DNA from: a candidate division Kazan bacterium
Lineage (GTDB): Bacteria; Patescibacteriota; Kazan-3B-28
NCBI GenBank assembly: GCA_003647645.1
Contig: QMNG01000002.1
Coordinates: forward strand, 65,151-129,150
Direction: 5' to 3'
Length of the DNA: 64,000 nucleotides
The notes beneath the pieces are model-generated. The model had not been told where the DNA came from. It saw only the letters and a list, made by a program, of their open reading frames with translations, and searched no databases. Positions 49,849-59,980 of the stretch are shown piece after piece. A program made the position numbers and the translations under genes. How positions within the stretch are numbered: the first letter of the stretch is position 1; the number at the start of each line of letters is the position of its first letter.

Positions 49849-50778
49849 ATGAATATGAAAAAGCCTAATTTAACTGACAAAGAACTAGCCAAAATTCTGA
49901 AAAAAGCAGGAGCTGGCTTCAAATTATCCGATTTTGACAAGGGGATTATGCGGGCTGAGCTTAGCGATGTAATAAAAACAGATTTACAACGAAATAACAA
50001 AGGGTCGAAAATTAAAGATATTATTAACCCAAGGAGGTTAGCTATGCCATTAATACCTATGATCATTGCGATTATCATTGCTTTGGGCGGCGGAACTGCC
50101 GTTTTGGCCGACAGCGCCAATCCCGGTGACTTTCTCTACCCTGTAGATCAATGGGTTGAGGGGATTCAGGGCAGATTCATGCGCTCCGACGAAGCTAGAG
50201 CCATTTGGCAAGCTCGTTTGGGTGAAGAAAGGCTCAAAGAATACCAAGCTCTTCACAGCATCGATCCCGCTAATCTGACCGAAGAGCAGGCGGCTTTGCT
50301 TGAACAGCATAGACAAGAAGCTACTGAGCGCCTGCAGAATCGCCTTAAAGGCGTCCGTAATGCTCAGGAACAGCTTGAGGCTAAGCTGGAGTCTGCTACT
50401 GACGATACCGTTTATCAGGGAGTAGAAAATGCCCTGAAACGACTGGAGGAGATCGAAGCCCGCCAGGAGGCCAGGATCGCCGAGATAGAAAGAGGTATCG
50501 ACTTTCCCAAGATCAACGCCGAGGCTAAGCGCAAATTCGAAGAGATGAGACGCGAACACAAGGCCGAGATGGAAAAAATTCGTGAGCAAATTCGTGAACA
50601 GATTGACGAATGGGTTGAAGATTTGAATCCTTATCAAGTTCCTAAAAATCCTGTTCCTGAGCCGGAGCCGCTTGATGATGAAGCTGTGGTAAATGATAGT
50701 TCCGACAGTGACAATTCAGAGGCCGGTCAGAACGACAGGTTCGGTGGCTTTGGGAGAGTTATAAAGGATATTTTCTAA
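49849..50778 (+). CDS. Putative anti-sigma membrane protein (DUF5667-like)
   Basis: Single TM followed by ANPGDFLYPV...ERLKE and a coiled coil. Confidence 0.7.
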   Translation: MNMKKPNLTDKELAKILKKAGAGFKLSDFDKGIMRAELSDVIKTDLQRNNKGSKIKDIINPRRLAMPLIPMIIAIIIALGGGTAVLADSANPGDFLYPVDQWVEGIQGRFMRSDEARAIWQARLGEERLKEYQALHSIDPANLTEEQAALLEQHRQEATERLQNRLKGVRNAQEQLEAKLESATDDTVYQGVENALKRLEEIEARQEARIAEIERGIDFPKINAEAKRKFEEMRREHKAEMEKIREQIREQIDEWVEDLNPYQVPKNPVPEPEPLDDEAVVNDSSDSDNSEAGQNDRFGGFGRVIKDIF

Positions 50779-50803
50779 ACCCGAGCAAGATTATCGAAAA
50801 TTT

Positions 50804-50833
50804 AAAACCTCTCCTTTTACCGGGGGAGGTTTT
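50804..50833 (+). terminator. Intrinsic terminator
   Basis: aaaacctctcc...gggggaggtttt. Confidence 0.7.
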
Positions 50834-51097
50834 AGTTGGTTGTTATCTCTTTATCGTTATTCTAAATATATACTATTTCCCGAGCCTGTCGAAGGATTAC
50901 ATTGTAGTTGTTTATATTTCCCTTTCGGGATTTCTAGTCAAGCTCAGAATGACAGTAGGGTATTTTATTCTCTATTCCTTGTATTTTTATCTGCAAATAG
51001 CTACAATACTAGAAGTTGAAGGGACTTAAACAGTAACGATTTGTGCATTAAGTCAAATGGAGAATGTTCGGTACTAGAGCAGGTTTTTAATACATTG

Positions 51098-51128
51098 TGT
51101 AACAAAAATATGGTTATAATCGTTATAG
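51098..51128 (+). promoter_or_regulatory. Putative ECF autoregulatory promoter
   Basis: TGTAAC-N17-CGTTATAG. Confidence 0.5.
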
Positions 51129-51143
51129 ATAGTGTAAGGTCAT

Positions 51144-51698
51144 ATGCCTGATCTGCAACTTAAAGAAAAACAGGATACTGAAATTGAGCTAAGACTGATT
51201 AAACGGTCCCAAAGTGGAGACGAACAGGCCTTTGGTGAACTCTACGATATTTGGGCCGGGCGGGTTTATCGCTTTGTTTTTTTCAAAGTCAAGAATACAG
51301 CAACAGCCGAAGATCTCACCTCTGAGATTTTTCTCAAAGCGTGGCAGAAAATCCATCAATACAAAATTCGAAGCGGTGCCAACTTCTCATCTTGGCTTTA
51401 TACGGTCGCTCGCAACAGCATCATCGACCATTATCGGATGAATCGTAAAACGGAAATATCTTTCGAGGATTTGCCGGAGATAGCCGACCTTGAAGGACCA
51501 GAACCGTTTGCTGAAGAATTAACGATGGAAAGAGCTTTGCGGAGCCTGCCGGATGATTATGAAAGGGTGTTGCGCCTGCGTTTCGTAGAGGATCTGCCGA
51601 TAGCCAAAGTTGCTCAGAAAATGAAAAAGAAAGAAAGCAATGTCCGCGCTATCACTCATCGGGCACTCAAAAAACTAAAAGAAGAATTGGAAAAATAG
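51144..51698 (+). CDS. ECF RNA polymerase sigma factor
   Basis: AEDLTSEIFLKAW, FSSWLYTVARN.IIDHYR and region 4. Confidence 0.93.
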   Translation: MPDLQLKEKQDTEIELRLIKRSQSGDEQAFGELYDIWAGRVYRFVFFKVKNTATAEDLTSEIFLKAWQKIHQYKIRSGANFSSWLYTVARNSIIDHYRMNRKTEISFEDLPEIADLEGPEPFAEELTMERALRSLPDDYERVLRLRFVEDLPIAKVAQKMKKKESNVRAITHRALKKLKEELEK

Positions 51699-51745
51699 AA
51701 CAATTCCTAAGGATTCCTTGAAGAATTTTTGGGAGATGGCATCCA

Positions 51746-51806
51746 GCCCAGTCTCCGACTCGGAGAGTCTCAAGACTCAGAGAGAGGGTAACTAAAACCC
51801 GGAGGG
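51746..51806. repeat. Dispersed ~60-bp repeat, second copy at 37912-37970
   Basis: cccagtc.ccgact..gagagtctc..gactc.gagagagggt...cccggaggg present at both loci. Confidence 0.75.
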
Positions 51807-51849
51807 GGAAAAGAAAAACATCTCTTATAAAAGCATCAAGGAATCAAGC

Positions 51850-52836
51850 GTGAAAACCAGTGAGTTAGAAAATTTGGAGAAGAACTTGAGCATTCTAGGC
51901 AAGAATGCGCATTTAAATATTGCCCAGCGCCAGCGTATTCGCGATCGGCTTTTCCGCCAGATCGGCCAGTTGGATATTATGGATGCGGTTCAGACAGATA
52001 CCGACACCAGCGAATTAGTGGTGCCGCTTAACCGCTTAAAACAGATATTCCAGCCCCGTCGGACAATGATAAGCCTGCCCGCAACTTTGGGTATAGTTGC
52101 CCTGGTATTTGTGGCTACCCTTGCCACCAGTGTGGCAGCCAAAGACGCCCTGCCGGGTTCTTTCTGGTATCCGGCTAGAAAGGCCTTTGACAGCGTAAAG
52201 GTCGTGATCACCCCCAGCTCGCAGAAGGCCGATGTTTTGCTTTCTATCGCCTCAGAGCGCATTGGTGATATAGCGGAGGCCCCTAACCTTGATGCGGCGC
52301 TGCGGGAGTCCCGAAAGGCCATTGTTAGCGCTCAAACCGCTGTGGCAGCTCTGAGTGAAGCAGATGAAGAAACATCTGCGGAGCTTTTGAATAAATTAAA
52401 AGCCATCATCGATTCCCAAAAAACGATTCTGGCGACCATCGTCAAAGAAAATATTGATGACGAAGCTATTCAACAGAGCGTAATTGCAGTTCGGGAAGAA
52501 TTAGATGAGCTACTGCCCGAGACAACCACACCGGCAGAGAAGGCGGAGGATAGTGCAGAAGAGGCTGTCCCTACAGAGGGCTATGTGTCGTTCAGCGGCA
52601 CGATGGGCAGCTACACCGCCAAGCCGACTATCATGGTCGGCGACACCCGCTATTTCTTGGCTGGCAGCGATATTAGTTTGATCCAGTTTATGGGCATCGG
52701 CGATGCCACTGCTTTTGGATATTTAGAAGGAGATACAATCACGCTTTCCAAACTGTTGATCGGCGGAAAGGTCGTGTTCGAAGCAAGTCATAATAGTTTA
52801 AATCAATCCGCTGACGGTGGCGCGTCAGCTTTGTAA
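51850..52836 (+). CDS. Putative anti-sigma membrane protein (DUF5667-like)
   Basis: TM followed by ALPGSFWYP..K...ERI; follows the ECF sigma gene. Confidence 0.7.
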   Translation: MKTSELENLEKNLSILGKNAHLNIAQRQRIRDRLFRQIGQLDIMDAVQTDTDTSELVVPLNRLKQIFQPRRTMISLPATLGIVALVFVATLATSVAAKDALPGSFWYPARKAFDSVKVVITPSSQKADVLLSIASERIGDIAEAPNLDAALRESRKAIVSAQTAVAALSEADEETSAELLNKLKAIIDSQKTILATIVKENIDDEAIQQSVIAVREELDELLPETTTPAEKAEDSAEEAVPTEGYVSFSGTMGSYTAKPTIMVGDTRYFLAGSDISLIQFMGIGDATAFGYLEGDTITLSKLLIGGKVVFEASHNSLNQSADGGASAL

Positions 52837-52939
52837 TTGCCATCTAAACCTTGGGTCGAGGACGCAAAATAATGTCCGGGTTAGATTCAAAAACAACCAA
52901 CACACAAATTATAGAATTCTTAAGAAAGATAATAACTAA

Positions 52940-55900
52940 ATGAGTACAGTTCTTTTACAGAAAAGTACAAGAGCAATCGCTTGGTTAATTGCCGCCAGCG
53001 TAGCTATTGCTTTCGCGGCTCCCCAAGCTCTTGCTTTTGAAAACCTTGGTACCTTTAGGTATCAATGGAAGTCTCAGAGTGGTACTATCTCGGCTGATGG
53101 AACAGCTCACGAAGTGGCCGTCAATCCTGGCGACACTGTTTCGATGAGCTTGACCATCACCAACCGTTCGACCAACCCAAGAGCGTTGGTAATGTACGGT
53201 ACTAGTGCTCTTCTGGACGAAGGTGCCAGCTATCCATATGCTCACGCAGTGGGTCTTGGCACTTCACACCCAAGGGACAATGTACCAGCCTGGATTGATA
53301 GCTCGAGCTTTGCGATCAATGGTAACAGGTTTACCTACTATGATGGCGAACCAGTAAATCCGGGTGAGGATATGACATTGACCTTTGACGTAAAGATCTC
53401 CAGTACTGCCGCAAACGGTACTTATGATCTTTACACAGAAATTGTTCGCGAGTGGGATGGTTGGGCCCAGCAGGTAACTGCCGCTGGTGTTCCCATCGGT
53501 AACGGCGACATTTTCTGGAGGTTCCTCATTGGTGGCACGGTCACCGGTGGTGGCGACCTTAATGTTGGCATTGCTGGTGATACTCCAGCTAGTGATGATG
53601 TAGCCAACGGTGCTGTTGATGTGGTTATGGCCAAGATCAACTTTACAGCTGGTGCATCTGACAATGCCTTAGTCAGCAGTCTTGCAATTCGCAGAACTGG
53701 TCTGTCAGCTGATGATGATGTTAGTGATATCAAGCTTTATGATGGAACAACTAAGATTGGTTCCACTCAGGGCTTAAATACTACTACTCACAAGGCTACC
53801 TTTACTGGTTTATCTTGGCTAATTCCAGCTGGAACAACCAAAACTCTGACCATTAAGGGCTCAATTCCATCTGCGACTGCCGATACGGGTAAAATTATTA
53901 CCCTGGGAATTCAATCAGCGTCCGATGTTGTCCTGTCTGGGGGCGGCACAGTAGCCGGTAATTTCCCAGCCTATGGTAATGAATTCACCGTCGGTGGTAT
54001 TTCTGTTGGTCAGTTGGATGTTGACGTTCAGACGTCGCCAGCTGCTGCCAATATCTTGTCTGGAAGCACCGATCAAGCCATCGCCTCGTGGAAGTTTACT
54101 GCCAATTCAACCGAAGGATTTGATATAAATTCAATTACCTTCACTGAGATTGGCACCTCCGTTGATAGCGACCTAAGCAATATGGTGCTGAAGATTAACG
54201 GTGTTCAGATTGGTACGTCAGTGGCTAGTTTGGCTAATGGTAAGGTTACTTTCACGGGTAGTCCACTATTTAGTGTAGCTGCTGGTAACAGTGAGTATCT
54301 CTACATTTATGCTGATATCGCTGATGGTGTCACCTCTGAACGGACCGTCCGCTTTGAGATCAATGCCGCCACGGATATTGTGGCCTACGGCCAAAATTCG
54401 AATGGCATTGTAACCGTTACCTACTCAAGTAATACAACGTTTGTTGCTCAGCAGGGTAAGGTAATGACTATTGTTCAGGGTACATTAACCGTTGCGAAGC
54501 ATGCTACCAACTTAGCCGCTCAAACCTACATCGTAGGCGAGGAGCAGGTTGAGATTGGTAAATGGAAGTTCAGCGCCGGTTCGCGCGAAGGTCTGAAGAT
54601 CACCAAGCTGATCTTCAATGAGGACTCAACTGCGACCAGCACTGATTACCAGAATGCCAAGCTCTACATTGATGAGTCGGAAACACCAATCTCCGCCGGG
54701 GGTTCAATCAGCAGTACAACCATTACCTTTGAGGACGGCAACGGCTTGTTTGAAGTTCCCAAGAGCGGAAACACTGTCGTTACTCTGAAGTTTGATATTT
54801 CATCTTCAGCTGTGGCTGGCGATGACTTCCGCGTTGGTATCGGTACCGATTCAAGTTCATACACAAATATCACGATGTATGGACTGACTTCAGGTGACAA
54901 GATCGATCAGGATTCAAGCCATATCACTCTGACATCGTGTTCAGACGGTGATATGAATACCCACACAGTTGCTGCTTACGGTACTTTGGTTGTTTCTAAC
55001 GGTCCGAATACTCCGGCTGCAGCCAATTATGCGCTGGGGACTGACGACTATGAATTCCTGCAGTTTAGAATGCAGGCTAGCAGTGAAGCTATGCGGGTTA
55101 CAGCCCTGACAGTTCGCTTCTATGATGATGCTTCTAGTTCAGATGCTTATGCAAGCGGTGATGAAATTGCCACAGGTGATGTAACAAATGTTGCTTTGTA
55201 CTACTGGGATGGCAGTGCTTGGATAATGCTGGGATCGGAAGTAAGCAGCCCGACTACGGGTGTCGCTTCCTTCACCTTTGATCACACCATTCCCAAAAAC
55301 ACCACAGAAACTTACAAGGTTGTTGGTGACATTCCTACAACCTCGGCTGCCAGCTATATCTACGCTGATGTTGGTGCCACCACTGGTGCTACTACAGGCG
55401 TAACCACCGCCGCTGATATAACGACGACGGGTGTGTCCTCCGCTGCCAGCATTGATGAAACCGGTTCGGCCGATGGTAATCTGATGACCAAAGTCACTCC
55501 GATTATCACTGTGAACGCTTCAACCGTTCCAGCTGCCAGAACCGTGATTAAAAACGGTAATGATATTCTGCTTGGCAAATTCTTCCTAACTGCTAATGAT
55601 GTTGAAGACATCAAGATTAGCACACTGAAGATATATGCCGACGATACCGATGCGATGAATTCGACATCCGGTGTCGATGGTGATATCTCCACTGTTTACC
55701 TTCGCTTTGACGACGGCGGCACTTGGAGAACAACCAAAACAGAAAACTGGGTCAGCGACACGCCGGATTACATTACCTACACCGGTTCGGACTTTAATGA
55801 TCCGAACGAGTGGGTAGTGCCCAAAGGCGGCAGCTTGGTTGTTGAGATTCGTGGAGATATTACCGATACAGGTACCGCTTATGTAGGTATGACCACTGCA

Positions 55901-57595
55901 TCAACCAACGTTGTTGGTTCGGGCTTAAGTTCAGGTACATCAGCTACCATTTACGATTACCAGAACAACGCCTACAACCAGGTTTGGGCGTCTCCCAAAC
56001 TGACTCTAGCGGCTTCCGGAACGCTCACTGTTACCGCTGCAACTGATACACCATCAGTTCAGATGGTGACGGCTACTTATGACACGGATAACCGGACAAC
56101 TCCAACCTTCTTCCGGATTAAATTGGCAGGCGCCAATGAAGCCATTGAAGTTGATGCTCTCCGCGCTAAAGTTGCCGACGCCGGCGATGCCAGCGAGGAC
56201 GATAACTTCTCTGGCACCGTGTATGTTTACGAAGGCGGTACAATGAGCGACAATGTTCTGACTGGCGGTACGCTGGTTGGTTCAGGCACGCTCATTCCTG
56301 TCAGCAGCGCTGATGCGGCTGCCGACATCATCTTCGATACAGTGGTTACAGTGCCTGAAAATGGCAATGCGTATCTGACGCTTTTGGCAGAGCTCAACTC
56401 CATGACAGAGGGCGCTGACAGTATGGATGTTCCTTATCTTGGTCTTGATTACAATGTCCAGACCGGTATTTGGGACGCCAACTATGCGGACGACTACAAC
56501 ATTCGGGCTACTGGTACTCAGTCCAACTCCAAGATTTACTCGGCTGGAACCATTACTTCCATTCTCAAGGGAGAAGCCGCTGTAGTTGCCAAGACCGCGT
56601 TGGGTATGGCCAAGCACAGCAACTCGCCGTCTGGCACTGCTACTCGTCATGCCAACCACACTATCTTCAAACTGGCGATGACTAACACCAACCCAGACCA
56701 AGATGCTCTGTTCCGGGCTGGCGCTGCGCAGTACACTGCCACTACCGCTTCTGCGGGAGTAGGCACTTGGACGGCCTGTACAGTTGGAGATACCGTAGCT
56801 AACGATAGTACGAATTACATCACCGGTTCAGGCGCGGTTAAGGTAACACTTGACACGCCGGCAGCCGTTGGTGATGGTATGTACTGGAAAGCGGACGCCG
56901 CTACCGATCTGTCAGACTACGAGCGGGTTAGTGTCTGGGTTCGCAGCTCAGTGGCTATTGCAACTGCCGGAGATCTTGAGTTCGAAGTTGATGACACAGA
57001 CGCACTGGCTTCGCCTGAGCTTAATAGCGATCTGCCAGTGTTGAATGCCAACACTTGGTATCGCCATGACGCGGCGTTAGGTGACGCCATTGAAGATGAT
57101 GCTCAGTATTGGGGAGTTCGGGTGGCTGCTAATCATACAACTTACAACTCGGCTGTGATTACACTCGATAATATCGTCTTCTACAGAGACGCCTTGACTG
57201 TCAATCTGTCTTCGAATGGTGGCTTGTTCAACACTACCGGCGCTACTAATACGGCGATAACTCTGAAGGATGGTACAACCACCTTGGCGACGGGTTACTA
57301 CTCTGGCACCGGTACGGCTAAGTTGTCCACCAGTAACGGAGAGGTCACATTTATTCCAACTACCGAGCGGACAATTCCCGCCAGCGGTAAGACTTGGGAT
57401 ATTGTTGCTGATACTTCTACATTGGTAACGAATACCAGCAAGGACCTGACGATGCTGATAGATCTCGGCTCGGCCAGTTCAGCAGGCGCGATCACAGAGG
57501 GAGATGTGTTGTGGAACGACAACAGCTATACGCTCAACATCGGTTGGGTGGATAACCGCGATACATCCACACTGAGCGCTGGTCTGAACTTCTAA
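52940..57595 (+). CDS. Large secreted S-layer-like protein with an N-terminal NBR1-Ig-like domain and repeated beta-sandwich units
   Basis: Signal peptide; T/S/G/A/D-rich; recurring GTL.V...TP...F.A..E...I..L units. Confidence 0.7.
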   Translation: MSTVLLQKSTRAIAWLIAASVAIAFAAPQALAFENLGTFRYQWKSQSGTISADGTAHEVAVNPGDTVSMSLTITNRSTNPRALVMYGTSALLDEGASYPYAHAVGLGTSHPRDNVPAWIDSSSFAINGNRFTYYDGEPVNPGEDMTLTFDVKISSTAANGTYDLYTEIVREWDGWAQQVTAAGVPIGNGDIFWRFLIGGTVTGGGDLNVGIAGDTPASDDVANGAVDVVMAKINFTAGASDNALVSSLAIRRTGLSADDDVSDIKLYDGTTKIGSTQGLNTTTHKATFTGLSWLIPAGTTKTLTIKGSIPSATADTGKIITLGIQSASDVVLSGGGTVAGNFPAYGNEFTVGGISVGQLDVDVQTSPAAANILSGSTDQAIASWKFTANSTEGFDINSITFTEIGTSVDSDLSNMVLKINGVQIGTSVASLANGKVTFTGSPLFSVAAGNSEYLYIYADIADGVTSERTVRFEINAATDIVAYGQNSNGIVTVTYSSNTTFVAQQGKVMTIVQGTLTVAKHATNLAAQTYIVGEEQVEIGKWKFSAGSREGLKITKLIFNEDSTATSTDYQNAKLYIDESETPISAGGSISSTTITFEDGNGLFEVPKSGNTVVTLKFDISSSAVAGDDFRVGIGTDSSSYTNITMYGLTSGDKIDQDSSHITLTSCSDGDMNTHTVAAYGTLVVSNGPNTPAAANYALGTDDYEFLQFRMQASSEAMRVTALTVRFYDDASSSDAYASGDEIATGDVTNVALYYWDGSAWIMLGSEVSSPTTGVASFTFDHTIPKNTTETYKVVGDIPTTSAASYIYADVGATTGATTGVTTAADITTTGVSSAASIDETGSADGNLMTKVTPIITVNASTVPAARTVIKNGNDILLGKFFLTANDVEDIKISTLKIYADDTDAMNSTSGVDGDISTVYLRFDDGGTWRTTKTENWVSDTPDYITYTGSDFNDPNEWVVPKGGSLVVEIRGDITDTGTAYVGMTTASTNVVGSGLSSGTSATIYDYQNNAYNQVWASPKLTLAASGTLTVTAATDTPSVQMVTATYDTDNRTTPTFFRIKLAGANEAIEVDALRAKVADAGDASEDDNFSGTVYVYEGGTMSDNVLTGGTLVGSGTLIPVSSADAAADIIFDTVVTVPENGNAYLTLLAELNSMTEGADSMDVPYLGLDYNVQTGIWDANYADDYNIRATGTQSNSKIYSAGTITSILKGEAAVVAKTALGMAKHSNSPSGTATRHANHTIFKLAMTNTNPDQDALFRAGAAQYTATTASAGVGTWTACTVGDTVANDSTNYITGSGAVKVTLDTPAAVGDGMYWKADAATDLSDYERVSVWVRSSVAIATAGDLEFEVDDTDALASPELNSDLPVLNANTWYRHDAALGDAIEDDAQYWGVRVAANHTTYNSAVITLDNIVFYRDALTVNLSSNGGLFNTTGATNTAITLKDGTTTLATGYYSGTGTAKLSTSNGEVTFIPTTERTIPASGKTWDIVADTSTLVTNTSKDLTMLIDLGSASSAGAITEGDVLWNDNSYTLNIGWVDNRDTSTLSAGLNF

Positions 57596-57646
57596 ATCTG
57601 AATAACATGTTTGGCAGTTGAACTCTAATTAAAAAAAACTGCACGA

Positions 57647-57674
57647 AAAAGCCCCGTCTGCTGACGGGGCTTTT
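57647..57674 (+). terminator. Strong intrinsic terminator
   Basis: aaaagccccgtc-tgct-gacggggctttt. Confidence 0.9.
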
Positions 57675-57704
57675 GGTTTGCATTATTTGATAAATAATAG
57701 AACC

Positions 57705-57930
57705 CAAACGCAAGCTGGCGTTTGATCCAGCGGTACTTTTGTCTTGCCAAAAGTACCCAAAAGCGTTTACGCGTTCGCTTTCGTGTCTAAATACTAAATA
57801 AACCGTCTTACTGCTTACGCCCAAACTCACCTCGATACTCCGTATCGGGGTTCAAACAGTGGGCTTCGCAACGACAGTTTATTTGATTTAGTTCCCTCAA
57901 GCTCAACGCTAGTTATTTGCTTCGCAAAGT
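57705..57930. repeat. Multi-hairpin MITE-like palindromic element
   Basis: ggtacttttg...caaaagtacc hairpin plus a long stem spanning 57771-57909. Confidence 0.55.
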
Positions 57931-58069
57931 GGAGGAGATAAATAGTATATACTATGTTATATACTATTTCCTGAGCTTGTTGCAGGACTACTTTGGGTTT
58001 TGTATCTCTTCGACTACGCTCAGAGAATAAAGAATATTTTTCTCTACTCTCTATACTCTATTCTCTGCT

Positions 58070-58291
58070 TAATAAAAAAGGCCGCCGATCAGTGGGCCCT
58101 AAGTAAATATGTGGCTACGACCGGCGGCGCAAAGAGCACCGTACCGTCATGTCGAGCTTTATTGTCTTAGGACCAAAGAAGGGGACAAATTTCTTTATCC
58201 GCTTGTCTGGTCCCAAAACCAGCTCGAAAATTTTTGAAAATGTGCAACAACAAGTTTTATGTTGATGTTACCACAACAGAACGGCAACGGT
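58070..58291 (-). ncRNA. Candidate structured ncRNA
   Basis: Minus-strand TTGCAC-N17-TATAAC promoter, long paired core, terminal GC hairpin plus U-tract. Confidence 0.45.
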
Positions 58292-58463
58292 TTAGTTATA
58301 CCATAGTTGTCTAGTTTGTGCAAGGGTTTTGTCTCGGAGATATAAAAATATTGGCTCTAGAACAGTATAATTTATTTAATTTTTCTTTGAGCTTAAGAGC
58401 TAAAAACGGTATAATATGGTTAGAGTACAGAGAATAGAGAGTAGAGAATAAGAACAACATTGC

Positions 58464-58540
58464 TGTCATTGCGAGGAACGGAAGTGACGAAGCAATCTAT
58501 ATCTAGGCACTTAGATTGCCACGCTCCGCTCGCAATGACA
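58464..58540. repeat. REP/RPE-like palindrome
   Basis: tgtcattgcgag...gcaatct...agattgc...ctcgcaatgaca. Confidence 0.85.
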
Positions 58541-58596
58541 AATGATAGGAAGATAATATAAAAGTTAATTCGGGGACGACACAAAAGGCAAAGAGG

Positions 58597-59808
58597 ATGA
58601 AAATTAAAATCAGTTATATATTTTTGGGGATATTGTTGCTATCAGCAATGATTGCGCCACTACGCGCTGTAGCCGCCATTGATGCGCCTTGGGGCGTGGT
58701 GGTCGAGGAAGGTGACAGTAAATATGATCTGCGGCTCTGGTGGGCCAATCCTAATATCGCTAACTTGGATCATATTAATTTGTATATGGCAGCCGGCTCT
58801 CTTGAGCACCCCAGCGTGATAGAAGTTGGCGGAGAGCAAGCCCGGCCGCATCAAATTGGCACCTACCAAGTTGAAGATTTAATTTCGGGGGTTTGGTATT
58901 ATTTCTATTTGGTTGCAGTTGATACAAAAGGGAATGAAAGTCCTCGCACCGACTATTACAAACGCCGGACTGGAATAGCTGCCGATGTTACATCACCGTA
59001 TAGTGTCAGTTCTGTGTTTGTTAATGATGTTCGGCACGATGGGTTGACTCTTAATTGGGCAAATCCGGGTGATGACGATTTCTACCGAACTTTAATATAT
59101 CGTTCAACCGACAGCAATGTTCTGGCCAGCGAAACTAACTTGCTTGGACGGCAAGTGGCGCTGCCAAGCACCGTTAAAAAGTATGTTGACAGCGGTCTCG
59201 AGCCGGAAACTACTTATTACTATCGCCTGGTAGCAGAAGACGTTAAAGGCAATAAAAGCGAGTCAGTTATCGTGTCAGAAACAACACAGGCCGCGCCAGT
59301 AGCGGAACCCGAGCCGGAGCCCGTTGAACCAAGTGAATCTGAAGATCAAGATGACGCTGGCATCGTTCCGGATGTGATGCCGAATCCGGCCCTGTTTGAT
59401 TACCGAGCCGAATGGGTGAGTCAAAGCGGAACAGTAAATAACGCCGGCACTGCTCATGTAGTCACGGCCAGTGTTGGTGAAACAATTACCCTGGAATTAA
59501 CTTTAAAAAATACCGGCTCATCCTGGTGGTATTTTAAAACTCCGGATAACGCTCATGAAGTAAAGATTGGAACTTGGAATGAGGCTGACAGAATAAGTTT
59601 ATTTAAAGCTGACAGTTGGCTATCCGTTAATCGCGCTTCTACGCTCGATGCGGTTGTGCCGACAGGCAGTATGGCTACATTTAGTTTTGATTTGACAATT
59701 CCCGCCGATACAGCGGCCGGAGTCTATTCCGAATACTTTCGGCCGGTGGCAGAGTATGTTGAGTGGTTTGGCCCAACGGGAATATTTTGGGAAATAGAAG
59801 TGAACTAG
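58597..59808 (+). CDS. Secreted protein with two fibronectin type III domains and a C-terminal NBR1-Ig-like domain
   Basis: Signal peptide; L.W....YY...A.D..GN.S twice; C-terminal EYFRPVAEYVEWFG. Confidence 0.8.
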   Translation: MKIKISYIFLGILLLSAMIAPLRAVAAIDAPWGVVVEEGDSKYDLRLWWANPNIANLDHINLYMAAGSLEHPSVIEVGGEQARPHQIGTYQVEDLISGVWYYFYLVAVDTKGNESPRTDYYKRRTGIAADVTSPYSVSSVFVNDVRHDGLTLNWANPGDDDFYRTLIYRSTDSNVLASETNLLGRQVALPSTVKKYVDSGLEPETTYYYRLVAEDVKGNKSESVIVSETTQAAPVAEPEPEPVEPSESEDQDDAGIVPDVMPNPALFDYRAEWVSQSGTVNNAGTAHVVTASVGETITLELTLKNTGSSWWYFKTPDNAHEVKIGTWNEADRISLFKADSWLSVNRASTLDAVVPTGSMATFSFDLTIPADTAAGVYSEYFRPVAEYVEWFGPTGIFWEIEVN

Positions 59809-59842
59809 AATCATGAATCATGAATCAAGGGAAACCGCCACT

Positions 59843-59920
59843 CGTCATTCTGAACTTATTTCAGAATCTAGATCCTGAACTAAACCTGTGCTGGTCTTGC
59901 CGAATGTATTCAGGATGACA
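59843..59920. repeat. REP-like palindrome flanked by heptamer inverted arms
   Basis: cgtcattctgaa...ttcagaatct-agatcctgaa...ttcaggatgaca. Confidence 0.85.
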
Positions 59921-59980
59921 ATAGATAAGAAACAAAAACATCCATAATTCGTAATTCTTTATTCATAATTCAAACTTATC

